Shown here: positions 1 to 12,441 of the stretch, one piece after another | Position numbering within the stretch: position 1 is the stretch's first letter | Layout of the letters: each line of letters starts with the position of its first letter | From: Phoronis australis | Lineage: Eukaryota; Animalia; Phoronida | Assembly: GCA_002633005.1 (NCBI GenBank) | Contig: NMRA01000716.1 | Coordinates: 1 to 47,586, forward strand | Length of the DNA stretch: 47,586 nt | Direction: 5' to 3' | Program-made: the position numbers and the translations under genes | The notes under the pieces: model-generated | Database searches by the model: none | Seen by the model: the letters and a program-made list of their open reading frames with translations, nothing else | Told to the model about the DNA's origin: nothing

Positions 1-7
1 CTTAAAT

Positions 8-70
8 GGTGGTGGTGCAGTGGTAAAGCACGCGTGCTCTATCCGTCAGGTCGTGAGTTCGAGCCTGTGG
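8..70 (+). repeat. tRNA-derived SINE-head-like sequence
   Basis: A-box-like TGGTGCAGTGGTAAAGC and B-box-like GAGTTCGAGCC at tRNA-like spacing, followed by a T-rich tract. No convincing full cloverleaf. Confidence 0.35.
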
Positions 71-159
71 TACTTGCACGTTTTCCTGTTTGACACTTTC
101 TCCGTGTTTTTCTTTTTTTTGCCTTTTTTTTCTTGGATAATACTTCGGGAATCAATGAT

Positions 160-320
160 TTTTAGAGGAAAAAACAGAAAAATTTCCTGGGCTAGAGGGA
201 GGCAAACCCCCTCCCAACCTCCCCCCATTGGGTGTTATGCGCATCTACAATCGTGCTTTGTGCAAATGTTTACAGACAAAATGTTGCCCCCCCCCTTGTG
301 ACATCATAGATCCGCCACTG
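160..320. mobile_element. MITE right end (CAGTGGCGGATC-type TIR)
   Basis: Ends in AGATCCGCCACTG (308-320), the reverse complement of the CAGTGGCGGATCT terminus at 46993 and similar to the terminus at 4394. Internal poly-C/G tracts. Left boundary uncertain. Confidence 0.45.
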
Positions 321-1230
321 GACTCTGCATCTTATCCCACTATAGCTAATGGTTAAATGTGTCAATACGACACATGAGGCTTTGGCTGAAATGGATGCAT
401 TTAGCTTTTTTCGTTTTTTGTTCTTTAGTCGGTGAGTTAAGGTTACAAAATGACTTGTGTCACTTGCATACATCGGAATGACAAAAGTTTTAATAAGAAA
501 TTCCAACCGACCGTATGCAAATGTGCGTCTGCTGAACATTGTCATCAGTTTATCGTAACGGAGATTTCCGAAAATAGGCCCTCCCATATGCCTGCGATAT
601 ATTTTCGGCAAAATTTCCTAAAAAACCCCCAAGGAAGTATTTTTGGCAACTGGTGGAAGGCTTTGAAAATCTGATGGGTTGTTCTAAAGTAAGTATGAAT
701 GTTTTGATGTAAAATGTTTATTTTGACGAGACATTACAGTTTGAGAATTAAGATTTCACTCTAATGACCATCATTTAACGAGATTAGGGGTGATTTTGTT
801 GAAAACTAGAGTCAAGGAGGAGTTTTGACACACTGAATATCACCTATGCTTCCATGGTAGTGAATTTAGTGGACCTCGATTGCTGGTGGATACATCGTGA
901 ATTTGCATGATATATGCAAATTAATGAGGCCATTATTCAAAATTACATTTTTGCTTATAGCTGAAGTACTACACACACCAGGTAAACTATTTTAACGTCT
1001 GCGCCCATGTTTCTTTGGTCAGTTAATTTAATGAAATCAGTTTGCAAGCTGCTGCATGATGAATTTGCATAATTTATACAAATAAATGACACCAGTATTC
1101 CAAATACTGTTTCTGCTCAGAACTTCGGGCATTTCATGTAGATTATTTTCGAATATATCTCATGTTTTCATGGTCATCATGAATTTGCATAAAAAATAAT
1201 TACAGAAAAAACGCATATCAGTTTAATGAC

Positions 1231-1525
1231 NNNNNNNNNNNNNNNNNNNNNNNNNNNNNNNNNNNNNNNNNNNNNNNNNNNNNNNNNNNNNNNNNNNNNN
1301 NNNNNNNNNNNNNNNNNNNNNNNNNNNNNNNNNNNNNNNNNNNNNNNNNNNNNNNNNNNNNNNNNNNNNNNNNNNNNNNNNNNNNNNNNNNNNNNNNNNN
1401 NNNNNNNNNNNNNNNNNNNNNNNNNNNNNNNNNNNNNNNNNNNNNNNNNNNNNNNNNNNNNNNNNNNNNNNNNNNNNNNNNNNNNNNNNNNNNNNNNNNN
1501 NNNNNNNNNNNNNNNNNNNNNNNNN
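1231..1525. other. Assembly gap (N run)
   Basis: Run of Ns. The ORFs called across it are artefacts. Confidence 0.99.
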
Positions 1526-1529
1526 GGGG

Positions 1530-2770
1530 GGTCGGAGCGATCAGTTTATAGGGTACACATTTATGAGGTACGAATACAATAGTGGGGTCATAGTAGGGAA
1601 TTGCCCTCAAAGAAGAGACTCTTAAGCTTTGGGCACAACTTGCCATTTGTCCTAAGATATTGAAACAGGTCATGGAGAGATGGAGAGCGGTAACATTAGA
1701 TCTGGTACTGAAACCTTACACAAAGAAGAAAAAAGGAAATCTTGATGCACATGCCCAGGATATTACACGAATCTGTCAAAAGTACATAGCAGCATCGATC
1801 TATTGGATCCCAAGGTCCATCCCAAAGACGCAGCAATAAACATTATCAGTGACAGGATTGCTGCTCCAACAGTTAATATGCATGAAACAATAAGGATTGG
1901 ACAGGAAATATTATCAGACTTCGAGAAGGGTAAGCAGTACGTAAGGAACACAAGTATGTAATCACTGATGAAGATCCCTGTTTCCTAATATAGTACAAGG
2001 ACATTGGCAGCAGGCTATCTGTAGTCATCTCACGAAGAAGCCGGTTCCATTATTGTGCAACAGGAATTGAAATGTGCATGCGAACTCAACAAATTTTAAA
2101 TTGTCTCGGATGATAAAAATGTATCTATGCTTCGTGTGCATTACTATGACAAGGAACAGCTTCAAATACCACAACCATAAAATCCCCTAGTTAGCGTAGA
2201 ACAGTCGTAGACATTAAGTGGACAGTGGAAACATGCAGTGATATTGTGAAGGTCTCCTCCCTGCTCATGCGCTCTATGGTTGTAACACGGTGGCGTGCTA
2301 CTATGGAGTTGGAACCGGATCCATCCTTAAAATATTGAAGGCTGGACATGACCTGTCCGCCATCGGCACAATTAATGCACATTTTTCTGATCTCATAAAA
2401 CATCTAGGCCACTAAATGTATGTGTGCCTGTTATGGAATGAAGAAAATCAGAAAGATGTCAGGAACCAGACTGCTAGTATGGGGAATAAAATCGGCAAGG
2501 GATATTTGTCCGCCCCCAAACTGTCACCGACAACAAAGAATTCACGGAGAATGTATACGTAAACGGAGCCCATTACCAGTCTGTCATGTGGTGGAATGTC
2601 ACCAGCACTAGATCCTGAGGACTATGGATGGAAGAAAGATGCCATAATCACTCTCACGATCTATAATTCGGCATGGTGTCCAAATCGCCGCTATGGCATT
2701 CTGGTGATGATTAAGTGTGGCTGCAAAGGTTAGATTCCATGAAATTCAAGTAGATACTGTTGCAGCGTCA
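1530..2770 (+). pseudogene. Academ transposase C-terminal pseudogene (frameshifted)
   Basis: Translated across frameshifts: SDQFIGYTFMRY..GVIVGIALKEETLKLWA, HKEE, SHEEAGSIIVQQ..VSDDKNV (XPG/PIN-like HEEAD..DTDV motif), AHALYGCNTVACYYGVG (H3TH-like), LDPEDYGW and a Cys-rich IKCGCK tail. Confidence 0.75.
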
Positions 2771-4024
2771 ATTTTCTACATCTGTGGTGGCTGGTACCTT
2801 AGCTATGAAAAAAAATAAGAATTTTGAAAAATGGCGGGCTTAATTTGCATAAATTATGCAAATTGCCAATGTATCCACCAAGAAACTCCGCTATGAAATT
2901 CTCTGATCATGGGAACATGGGCGAAAACGTCACCATGGTCTGCCTGAAGTGCTTGGTAAGGAAATTACAAGCAAAAATAACATTTTGCATAATGGCGACC
3001 TTAATTTGCATTTTTAAAAAATGTTCAAAGGTAGCGAATAATCACCCCCCTAAATCATGGTTACTTAACCCTAGGATACAAACAGCAAAGAAAAAAAATT
3101 ATCCTACAAGTCCACGTTCAGCCCCCTGGCTCCCGGACTAAAGTTGGCATTTCAGGGCTAGAGTTCTATGGTTAATTATACTCCTGATATTCACAATTTC
3201 AGATGCACTTTTGGAATGTATGTGCTTACTTTTCACAGTCAAAACACTGATGAATGTAAAATTGTATACCTGTTCGCCACAAGACTTGCTATGTCGAAAT
3301 TCCTAAAAACAGAAACAATGACAATGAGTAAAGAAAAATTTATTAAGATCTAGTTGACGGGGCCTTGGACTGGGCGGGGTAATGAACTAGAAATAACAAG
3401 GTAAGCAAATCTTTTATCTGGGTTTCGCACAACTCCTCTTAAACCGCTTGCTGGTTGTTTGTGCTCCGCTGTGTCTTGAAGCTAACCGCTTCCTTCAAGC
3501 ACCACAGTAATTACCTTATTAATACTCTCTCTATATAGCTCTCCTCAATTCCCGATTTCTGAGATTTCCGTCGTTTCAATCGAGGACCGATGAATTTGTA
3601 AGCTGGCTTCTTATACATTTGACCCTTCGTAAAACTACAATTTTTATAAGGTACAATACTTTATGCGCAAGGGGCCCACATCACAAAAGGCAGTCCTACA
3701 AATGGGTTGAAAATAACACAATATGGGATGTTGCGTTGTGCCGACTTGCATCAGTATTGGTACCTAACTTGCATGCAGTACTCATGACCTGGAAGCAGAC
3801 ACTGACTGTATAAAAATACGATTTGACGGATAGGAAAGCCTAAATACTGACATCAATGAGAAGATGGGATTTGAATGTGACTGGCTCACTTTTTCGTCCA
3901 AGGAAAAAATCATTGCAATTTTATCTCGCTCATTACGCAGGCACATCACGTCCATCAGTACACAATTTTCAAGCAAAGAATTCCAACTATCTTGGTATCA
4001 TTTATACGTTGCCACGATTTTAGA

Positions 4025-4227
4025 TATGGTGGGCCGTTGAGGGGAAAGTGTCGCCGTAAAATTACGCTCGTAATTACGAGCGTAATTTAAATTGCAGGAA
4101 TGTCGCCGTAAAATTACGCTCGTAATTACGAGAGTAAATTAAATAAGGAAATGTCGCCGTAAATTACGCTCGTAAAATTCCTCAAGAACGTTCCAAATTT
4201 AAACCAATCAATGGTAACCTAACATAC
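4025..4227 (+). repeat. Left terminal repeat with three subterminal TGTCGCCGTAAA(A)TTACGCTCGTAA motifs
   Basis: Motif copies at ~4049, ~4101 and ~4152 (about 52-bp spacing). Inverted copy at 14935-15065. Confidence 0.85.
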
Positions 4228-4393
4228 TCGAAAAACCAATATGGCTACGGATGGACATGGAGATGACTTTCTGTTGAATGTGCAGCGAATTGTAAATGAC
4301 ATGTGTCGACGAATTTCTACGCCTCCCGTGGAAACAGGTGTCCTCAATTCAGTGACACTAAGGTAAGTTTCTCTCACCAGGGTGAGGTATGCT

Positions 4394-4553
4394 CAGGGGC
4401 GGATCCAGGATTTTGAGTTAGAGGGGGGGCAGGGCGAGGTATTAGCCAGGATTTTGCCAGTCAAGCATTCGCACCCCCGAACTGCCAAATGTAATCTGGT
4501 AGAATTTTAGGGGGGGGCATGGGCCCCTTGGCACCCCTCTAAATACGCCACTG
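4394..4553. mobile_element. MITE with 5-bp TSD in transposase intron 1
   Basis: CAGGGGCGGATCCAG ... AAATACGCCACTG termini, flanked by a perfect ATGCT duplication (4389-4393 / 4554-4558). Confidence 0.85.
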
Positions 4554-5189
4554 ATGCTGGTGGAAAATTAACATACCAACAAATTCAGTGACTGCACTAA
4601 AAAAGTTGTCTCAGACTCAATGTTCCATTGATTACGAAAATTCCGTAAATTTGTCTCCCTGACTGTAAGTCATCTTACTAGCGTCGGGGTGCACATGTAT
4701 CCGGCGTCTGCAGAATGCTAACATGAGCACAGCTATACCCTTCATTTGACTTATTGTTTGTGTCCGAGACTGAAATGGTTAAGGTCGATCAATTTTTATT
4801 TAGGGGCCGACTGTGGGTATACTGTCGACTTTACTAAAGGAACTCAACGATAAATTTGCTGTATAAAGACTACGCTTGTTGTTGTCAACGCGTAACGGGG
4901 AACTCTGTCTTGACTTGGCGAAAATGCTATGATCACTTTAGAATCATGCGTACATGTATGTATCGAAGTCTCATTCGTCCCTGANGCCATCCTCTTCACA
5001 GTAAAAATAACCACTCATTCGTCCCTGATCCCGCCATATGGCGTGACTGTTTGTTTTCACTCAGGGCCTGATGCCGTCTGGAGGCGTTATCTAAACAATG
5101 TATCTACCAGGCGGATCACTCCTTCAGGAGGGATAGAAGGCAGCAACTTATTGGTTTATGTTTAAATATATCTAGGGTATTCCCAGTTT

Positions 5190-5880
5190 TCTGTCCAATG
5201 AGGATTGAGACACCAGATTCTGTATTAACTTGTTCAGTTTGTGAAGTTAGCGCCTATTGGATGTTATTTCTGGATTTTAGAACCATTTCTTCACAAGCGA
5301 ATTATCAATTCAAGGAAAAACCAGGAAGCGTGTTAACTTTGTAGTGGCTGTTGTGGTAACTTTTGAAAGGTTATAGAGATGTTCCTCCATGAAATATAGT
5401 ATATTTGTTTGATTTGAAGACATGAAGCTAACAGCCCCGAATGGAGCCTAATTGGTATTACATAACACTGCTGTCACCACTTAATCATCTGCTAGGGTGC
5501 TCCACCTTCACACTTATCAGGCTTCTATTGTGAGTCAGCATGCGTGAATAATTGGCTGATAAGCCACCTCTGGAACTACTTTTGGCTGANACTGACCAGA
5601 AACAATAACAAAATGTTCAATTACTTCTCTGTGACTAGCACTGTGCACATACTCACTTGAAATTGCCCTTGATATTATACGGACATCATCTCTGCTGCTC
5701 TCTCACAGTTCTTGAAGTTTTTATTATGGAGGATAGTGTGGATACTGATGACACTGGTCACATTTAGATATAGACTTCAGTGATTATGGATATGAAAGGG
5801 TGGATACCGATGGCACTCAGTGGTCAGATTTAGATACAGATTTCAGTGATCTAGATTATGACGGGGATATGAAACATGGA
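5190..5880 (+). pseudogene. Possible heavily degraded second Academ-like C-terminal relic nested in intron 1
   Basis: Scattered fragments in Academ order: SNED*DTR, DVISGF, SARVLHLHTYQASI, DKPPLELLL, then an acidic tail with a ~65-bp tandem duplication (5735-5870). Very degenerate. Confidence 0.3.
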
Positions 5881-7761
5881 AAGCTTTCTTGACATCTTTT
5901 CTGGAAATTTAAATGGATTATCTGTAAACAAATATCTTTGTTTCTGGAAAACAAAAAGTAAAACTATTTGTTGAACCCTTTATCAATATTGAACTTGGAT
6001 AAATTTTATATCATCATGAAGCTCATTTGGTCAAGATGAGTTGCTGAAAATTTGGTAAGTATATGTTTACTAATGACTGAGTAACGAGGTTTTAATTATG
6101 TGCAGTGCTTCTGACCTAGTTCTGAGTGAAATACCCTCCGAATTCAAGGGGTACAGCTACACTGTAAGCCAGCCTATTTTAAAAGCTGTTTATGCCATAT
6201 GGTGCTCAGGGTCGAATGAGTTAACGAATTGTGCTTCACATCATACCTCACAGTTGTACTGGGTACAGGCAGCCTAATTTGGGAAAGGAGCATCAACGAA
6301 ATTCATATTAAACTGTCGCTGTCTATCTGTTGACTGGGTCTACATTACATGTTATTTCAGATGTGAACAATTGATGACTAATGTGCTTAGAGGCAGTGGC
6401 AGTCTATGCACAGAGAGCGAGTCGGAGCGTATTACTGGTCTCCTGTCACAACTACGTCATGAGGCAAAAACATTACTGGAAAGTAATAACACAGGTACCT
6501 TGTGCAACATAGCAGTTAGGTGTGCCTACATCCAAAAATAATCTATTCGCACAATCACCTATTCTTCAATATTTAAGCACAGGCTACTCTGTACATTTGC
6601 AATTGTTTTCTGTGAAAAAATAAATTTCTTGGAGAAATTTTGAGAAATAAACTTGTTTTAAAGTGTAACGCATGTTATAGTTTCTATGGAAAATTAAATA
6701 TCTGTACTCTGGTCAATTGTAGCTCTATATGGATACACAGCACCTTGGATGTGTAATGGGAAAATAGGAGGTCCAAAGAAGAACATATCCAAAGAACAAC
6801 TCCTGTTTTTAACTAAAGCAAAGATGACCAACCGAGCCATAGCGAATTGCCTGGGGGTGTCAGTGGACACTGTAAAATCGGGACTTAGGTAAGTTTTAGT
6901 TGGAAATGCAGCATAAAAGGCCAAGATGATGAAACTATGCATTATTTCTGTTCATAAAGTGTGGTTTTAATGCTATTACTAAACTTGATCAAACAAGAGA
7001 GAAACCGAATATCAATGGAGAACATTAATACATTTAGAAACTGATATGTAAATTAAGCTCGCACTAAACTGACCATACTTCCTTAGTGTGGGATTCCGCT
7101 TCTCCAAGTTGAAACGGGTTGATTTGTAGGCCCAGTTTACCCCCACAAATCGGAATCTGTATGCAAATTATCTTGAATAAGAAAGTTTGAAAATGAAGTT
7201 TATTCTCATTTGATAGAGATCTATATGAAATATTAGAAAAAGGTTTGATGCTTTTGGTAATTACATTTAATTTAGATATGAAATCATTCACGAAAATACC
7301 ATGCCATTCACCTAAATATGTAGTTTTAGGTATCTATTGCACTCGCTACTGATGCTGTTACTGTAAATTAGCTAATTGTGTTATTGTTGTTAGATTACGG
7401 CTATACTTTTGTTGCCAGACACTGTCATACAGTTTTTTCTTCACAGCCTCTTGAGGAATTTTCTTCACCAACAGAAAATTATTTTGCCAACTTTTGTTTC
7501 GATTGTATTTCAGAGAATATGGTATTTTTAAAAGAACCCCATGTGATCTGTATAACGAAGACTTAGACATGGAGGTTGAACGGGCCATTGAAGGAAACAG
7601 AAAAATCGGCCCAAATGCTGTGAAAGCTCGCCTACAAGGCAAGGGCGTTTTTGTACCACGATCAAGGGTCAGAGAAGCACTTCACCGAGTTGATCCTGCC
7701 GGATGCGTCATGCGCTCAGTTGGTGCGCAACTACACAGGCGCACTTACAATGTACGCGCCC

Positions 7762-10116
7762 CCAACTCTCTTTGGCATATAGACGGGAACCATAAGTTAA
7801 TAAGGTATGTGTTAATTTGGTGAGGTACTCCATTTTCGTACTTTTATGCTACAAATGCCTAATTCAAGAATGCAGCCTTTGTAACAACGCGTGCAGTCAT
7901 TAAAATATTTCCCATTTGTAACAACAAAAAGGTTAATGTGCGTGAGATTGTGCCAATTTTATGTCAAGTTTTAAAAAATTGAACTACTCTGTCGGCTTTT
8001 CATTACGTTCAAGCGTTTACCTCTACGTTCATTCCCATTTACTACTGCTGACATTACTTCCAGTTGGGGCATAGTTATTCATGGTGGGGTGGATGGCTAC
8101 AGTAGGTTGATCACATTTATGCAGGCAGCAAACAACAAGTCAAGCAGTTTTTCAAGCCTTCAAGGGAGCCGTTGAAGCATATACACTGTATACACAAAGA
8201 GGCAACTACATTAGAATATTGAAAGGAAAATGCGTTGTGCGAGGAACACTCACCAAAAACACACGCACACAAGGCACACACGCACACATTCATTGTTGCA
8301 GTATATTGCAATCTCTACATGAGAGTGCTTTAGATTTGACGTGTCTAAATGACGGCGCACCATAGGGGGCTGGGGAGATATACCCCCGCTTTTTTCAGTT
8401 CTATGCCGCCCATGGTCTACGGGCAGTGCACAACGGGGGGCTATAACCCCTATTTTTTCCAGTGCTGCGCCGCCCATGGTCTTATCTGCATTCCCTAAAC
8501 CACATTACCAGCGAAACTTGTGACCATACATGCTTATCTGGTTCACAACCTGATAGAATTTACACAGTAACCTTAACTGATTTCATACAACAATCAACCA
8601 TTTGAGGCCCATAGTCTCATGTATCTAACTAGTACAGGGATGATCTATGAAAACTTTCAAATGATATTTTGAGACATCTTAGTGTGAGATAGCTACATTT
8701 GAGAATCCTTTGGCTTTTTAAATGACTAATTGTCACGAAATAGTGCTCCTTACATGGTCGGTTTTTATGTAGTTTTCATATTTACAAATGTCCCTATTGA
8801 TCAGACTTTGCGTGTTATTCTATCTCACCCACGGTTAGTTGCTTATCCAGATGACATTTAAATAGGCTGTACTGCAGTAAAAGACAACCACTTCTTACCN
8901 CCAACTCTCTTTGGCATATAGACGGGAACCATAAGTTAATAAGGTATATGTTAATTTGGTGAGGTACTCCATTTTCTTACATTTATGCTACAAATGCCTA
9001 ATTCAAGAGTGCAGCCTTTGTAACAACGCGTGCAGTCATTAAAATATTTCCCATTTGTAACAACAAAAAGGTTAATGTGCGTGAGATTGTGTCAATTTTA
9101 TGTCAAGTTTTAAAAAGTTGAACTACTTTGTCGGCTTTTCATTACGTTCAAGCGTTTACCTCTACGTTCATTCCCATTTACTACTACTGACATTACTTCC
9201 AGTTGGGGCATAGTTATTCATGGTTGGGTGGATGGCAATAGGTTGATCACCTTTATGCAGGCAGCAAACAACAACAAGTCAAGCACAGTTTTTCAAGCCT
9301 TCAAGGTAGCCGTTGAAGCATATGCACTGTATACACAAAGAGGCAACTACATTAGAATATTGAAAAGAAAATGCGTTGTGCGAGGAACACTCACCAAAAA
9401 ACACACACACACAAGGCACACACGCACACATTCATTGTTGCAGTATATTGCAATCTCTACATGAGAGTCGAAATCTAAACTGCAGTCTAAATGACGGCGC
9501 ACCATAGGGGGCTAGGGAGATATACCCCCGCTTTTTCAGTTCTCTGCCGCCCATGGTCTACGGGCAGTGCACAACGGGGGGCTATAACCCCTATTTTTCC
9601 CAGTGCTGCGCCGCCCATGGTCTTATCTGCATTCCCTAAACCACATTACCAGCGAAACTTGTGACCATACATGCTCNCAGTGCTACGCCGCCCATGGTCT
9701 TATCTGCATTCCCTAAACCACATTACCAGCGAAACTTGTGACCATACATGCTCATCTGGTTCACAACCTGATAGAATTTACACAGTAACCTTAACGGAGT
9801 TCATACAACAAACAACCATTTGAGGCCCATAGTCTCGTGTATCTAACTAGTACAGGGAAGATCTATGAAAACTTTCAAATGATATTTTGAGACATCTTAG
9901 TGTGAGATAGCTACATTTGAGAATCCTTTGGCTTTTTGAATGACTAATTGTCACTAAATAGTGCTCCTTACATGGTCGGTTTTTATGTAGTTTTCATATT
10001 TACAAATGTCCCTATTGATCAGACTTTGCCTGTTATTCTACCTCACCCACGGTTAGTTGCACATCCAGATGACATTTAAATAGGCTGTACTGCAGTAAAA
10101 GACAACCACTTCTTAT
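7762..10116 (+). repeat. Near-identical tandem duplication across single-N joins (likely haplotype/assembly artefact)
   Basis: 7762-8897 is repeated at 8901-10116, starting immediately after the N at 8900. 9601-9676 is repeated immediately after the N at 9677. Confidence 0.85.
8348..8478 (+). mobile_element. Dimeric CATGGGCGG-type MITE (duplicate copy at 9490-9619)
   Basis: GGCGCACCATAGGGGG...GCCGCCCATG unit twice with a GTCTA spacer. Flanks GTCTA/GTCTT. Homologous to 22401-22535 and 35753-35925. Confidence 0.7.
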
Positions 10117-11559
10117 CTAGAGACCGGCATCATGTTATGGGGTTGCCATATATAGGCAAATAGATGACAAGAATGTTTTCATCATTTCAGGTAAGGCTGC
10201 CCATCAAGGATAAGAGTAGACCTTGGAGGCGAAAACAACACAGTTTGCAGTTACATGGAGGAAACGAGAGGGACGAACAGAGGGAGTGCACTACGTGGGT
10301 TGTCTGTTCACAATCAACGTATCGAGAGGTTATGGGTGGACCTGTGAAATGGCGTAACCAATGTATTTTATGATTTGTTCCAATATTTAGAATGTACCCA
10401 GATGCTCAGTGTTGACAACAACAATCACCGATGGGCTCTTCAATACATATTCCTCCCAAGGATCAATGAGCAGATACGAGATTTCACTGAGCAGTGGAAC
10501 AATCACGGTTTGAGTTCTGAAGGTATGGCTACACCTAAACAGCTCTTCATTTAAGGTGCGTTGGCAAATGTTCATTCCAACCTCACTGCAGTGAATGACC
10601 TGTTCAACCCCGCCTATCAGCAAGCTGTGAATGAACCTCTGGTGGAAAATGCGCAGCAACTAGTGGACACTCCCTCGGCACGTTGTCCCATTTCTGATGA
10701 GGATCTGCAGGTGATGAGTCTAACCATCAATCCAACAGAGAGCTCGTCTGACCATGGTGTTAACCTATACTTACGAGTTCTCAGTTTTATTGATGAACAC
10801 CTGTAACACACCAGGGTCCTCTTCCTGGGGCTAAACAACTGAGAACCCTTTGGATACATGAAGTTGTACCACATGAGTATTTGAACAAAACCACTTTCTT
10901 GTTGTTCTGCTCAACGGATTTTGATGAAACTTTTTCATTTCAGTTTGCGATATCAAAGTGACACCACAGAACTTTGGTGCGATAGTGACTTCTCCACCTC
11001 CTTGTAGCCATTGCTTGCCTTTCTCGTTTTACCATTTCACTGCTCCACTTGAAAGTAACCAAACACATCAAGTAGTATTGCAACCTAGTATGTTTTTCCA
11101 ATACAAAGGTCTGTCCTTTGTGTGCACCAACGTTTACGTTATTTAACTCAATGAAAGTGAATTTTTCACCAGTGACAGAAAGTGCGCGAACACATTGTTT
11201 AAGAATTTAACATCATTATTGTTCATTTTGTGAGGAACACCTCTGTAGAGAATGTCCTATATGTCTAAGAATGTTTAAATTAGTGTAGAACGTGTTTAAG
11301 TTCAATTTTCTGGAATCATTATTTATTCCATAATAAATGCCATTCGAGTTTCAGAAGTACGTACTTTATTTCGAGGACGACTTTGGATTAAATCATGAAA
11401 ATGCAATTACAACTTTACAATGGATCTTTTAACACTCCAATGAATATTCATGATTTCTTACTTTTGCTGTCAAAGTTATTAACCAAAAGTACTATAAATT
11501 AGCAACTCTGCAAATAACTTCAGGGTCTATATTCTGCCAAATTATACAAAGATCCTGCA

Positions 11560-12370
11560 AAGGGTTTAGAAAATAAGACAATACATGCGGAAAAAATCGC
11601 TAGGGATTACCTACAACGTAGTCGAGCATGTCCAAACATTAACGTCAGCTGCCACATTCTCATTACAAACAAATCTGGCAATTTTCACAATATTTTTGGT
11701 AGATTGGTGGATATAGAGGTTGACACTAAAAACAGACTCCAAACTTAAAAATCAACATTATGCCCCACAGCAAACGTCAAATCTGTCTGAAAATGGAAAG
11801 GCATTGTTGTCTCCTTAATAAAAACCTAATTGCCAAGTTTCATGGAAATCCATCATGAAAATACACGAGAAAACCTAAAAAAGCTACCATCATCTGGATT
11901 GTTCTGAAACTAGTCATTATCTGTTGTCAATTTCCTAATAACATATGCCAAATTTCACACAAAATTCTTGCATAGGGTTAATGGAATACAGCCACAGACA
12001 CACAAAAATCTCCACTAGGGAACCCCTTCGAAATCAAACCTTCTGAAAATCAACATCATCCTCACCTTATCAGGCACACATCTGCAAACTTTCGTATTGA
12101 TCCTTCAATCGGATTGGCAAATAGAAACTTGAAAATTTTAAAAATGACAGAAGGTGGCACAAATTCATTGTCTCCTGAACTGAAACCTTTTTGCGAAATT
12201 TTCTGAAAATCCATCAAAAAATTTCGCAAATACAAAAAAATAACATTGCCACTAGGAGGCATAGCAGTGCTCAGATCAGTCAAAATTCCTGGTGGTCATC
12301 TTCAAGGAACACATTTGTCAAATCTCATAAAGATCCTGCAATGGAGGAATTGCATCAGCGGATGCACAGA
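11560..12370 (+). repeat. Degenerate tandem-array repeat (same family as 31330-32525)
   Basis: AATCTGTCTGAAAATGGAAAGGCATTGTTG (~11780) matches AATCTGTCCGAAAATGGAAAGGCATAGTTG (~31817). Recurrent CCACTAGG motifs. Confidence 0.6.
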
Positions 12371-12441
12371 TTGAGAGGACTGGCAATATGCATACACATA
12401 TCAATAGGTGGTTGCATAATAAAAGCTGTTCTATTGGAACT

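Larger units (their letters stand above)
426..3140 (+). mobile_element. Decayed Academ DNA transposon (XPG/AcademX-type)
   Basis: TAGTC... at 426 and ...GGACTA at 3140 (TAG..CTA termini). Subterminal inverted homology between ~885-945 and ~2821-2882 (GGTGGATACAT...ATTTGCAT..ATGCAAATTAA...GCCATT.TTCAAAAT). Internal Academ-like coding relic. Spans an N gap. Confidence 0.7.
4241..10806 (+). pseudogene. Spliced DDE transposase / integrase-core (IS3EU-type) pseudogene, 6 exons
   Basis: Exons 4241-4362, 6361-6494, 6723-6888 (HTH: ISKEQLLFL..TNRAIANCLGVSVDTV) and 7514-7804 (RRTYNVRAPNSLWHIDGNHKLI) are phase-consistent with GT-AG introns. Exon 5 is 8064-~8180 or its duplicate 9203-~9325 (WGIVIHGGVDGYSRLI); its donor is not apparent. 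Exon 6 is ~10196-10806 ([12 protein letters not shown]...[11 protein letters not shown]...FLPRIN..F..QWNNH). D-D-E triad present. In-frame stops at 10345 and 10552. Confidence 0.85.

Noticed and set aside
8-70. Functional tRNA gene
   Set aside because: A/B-box-like motifs are present, but acceptor and anticodon stems cannot be paired convincingly. Kept only as a SINE-like head.
1218-1673. Long ORFs spanning 1218-1673 and 13687-14203
   Set aside because: They are open only because they run through N gaps.
4049-4180. CRISPR-like appearance (three ~26-bp repeats at regular spacing)
   Set aside because: Eukaryotic context, no cas genes, spacers resemble each other, and the array is mirrored at 14935-15065. 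These are transposon subterminal repeats.
6200-6224. piggyBac-like right end (...GTCGAATGAG TTAA)
   Set aside because: No matching left terminus or piggyBac transposase sequence found in the window.
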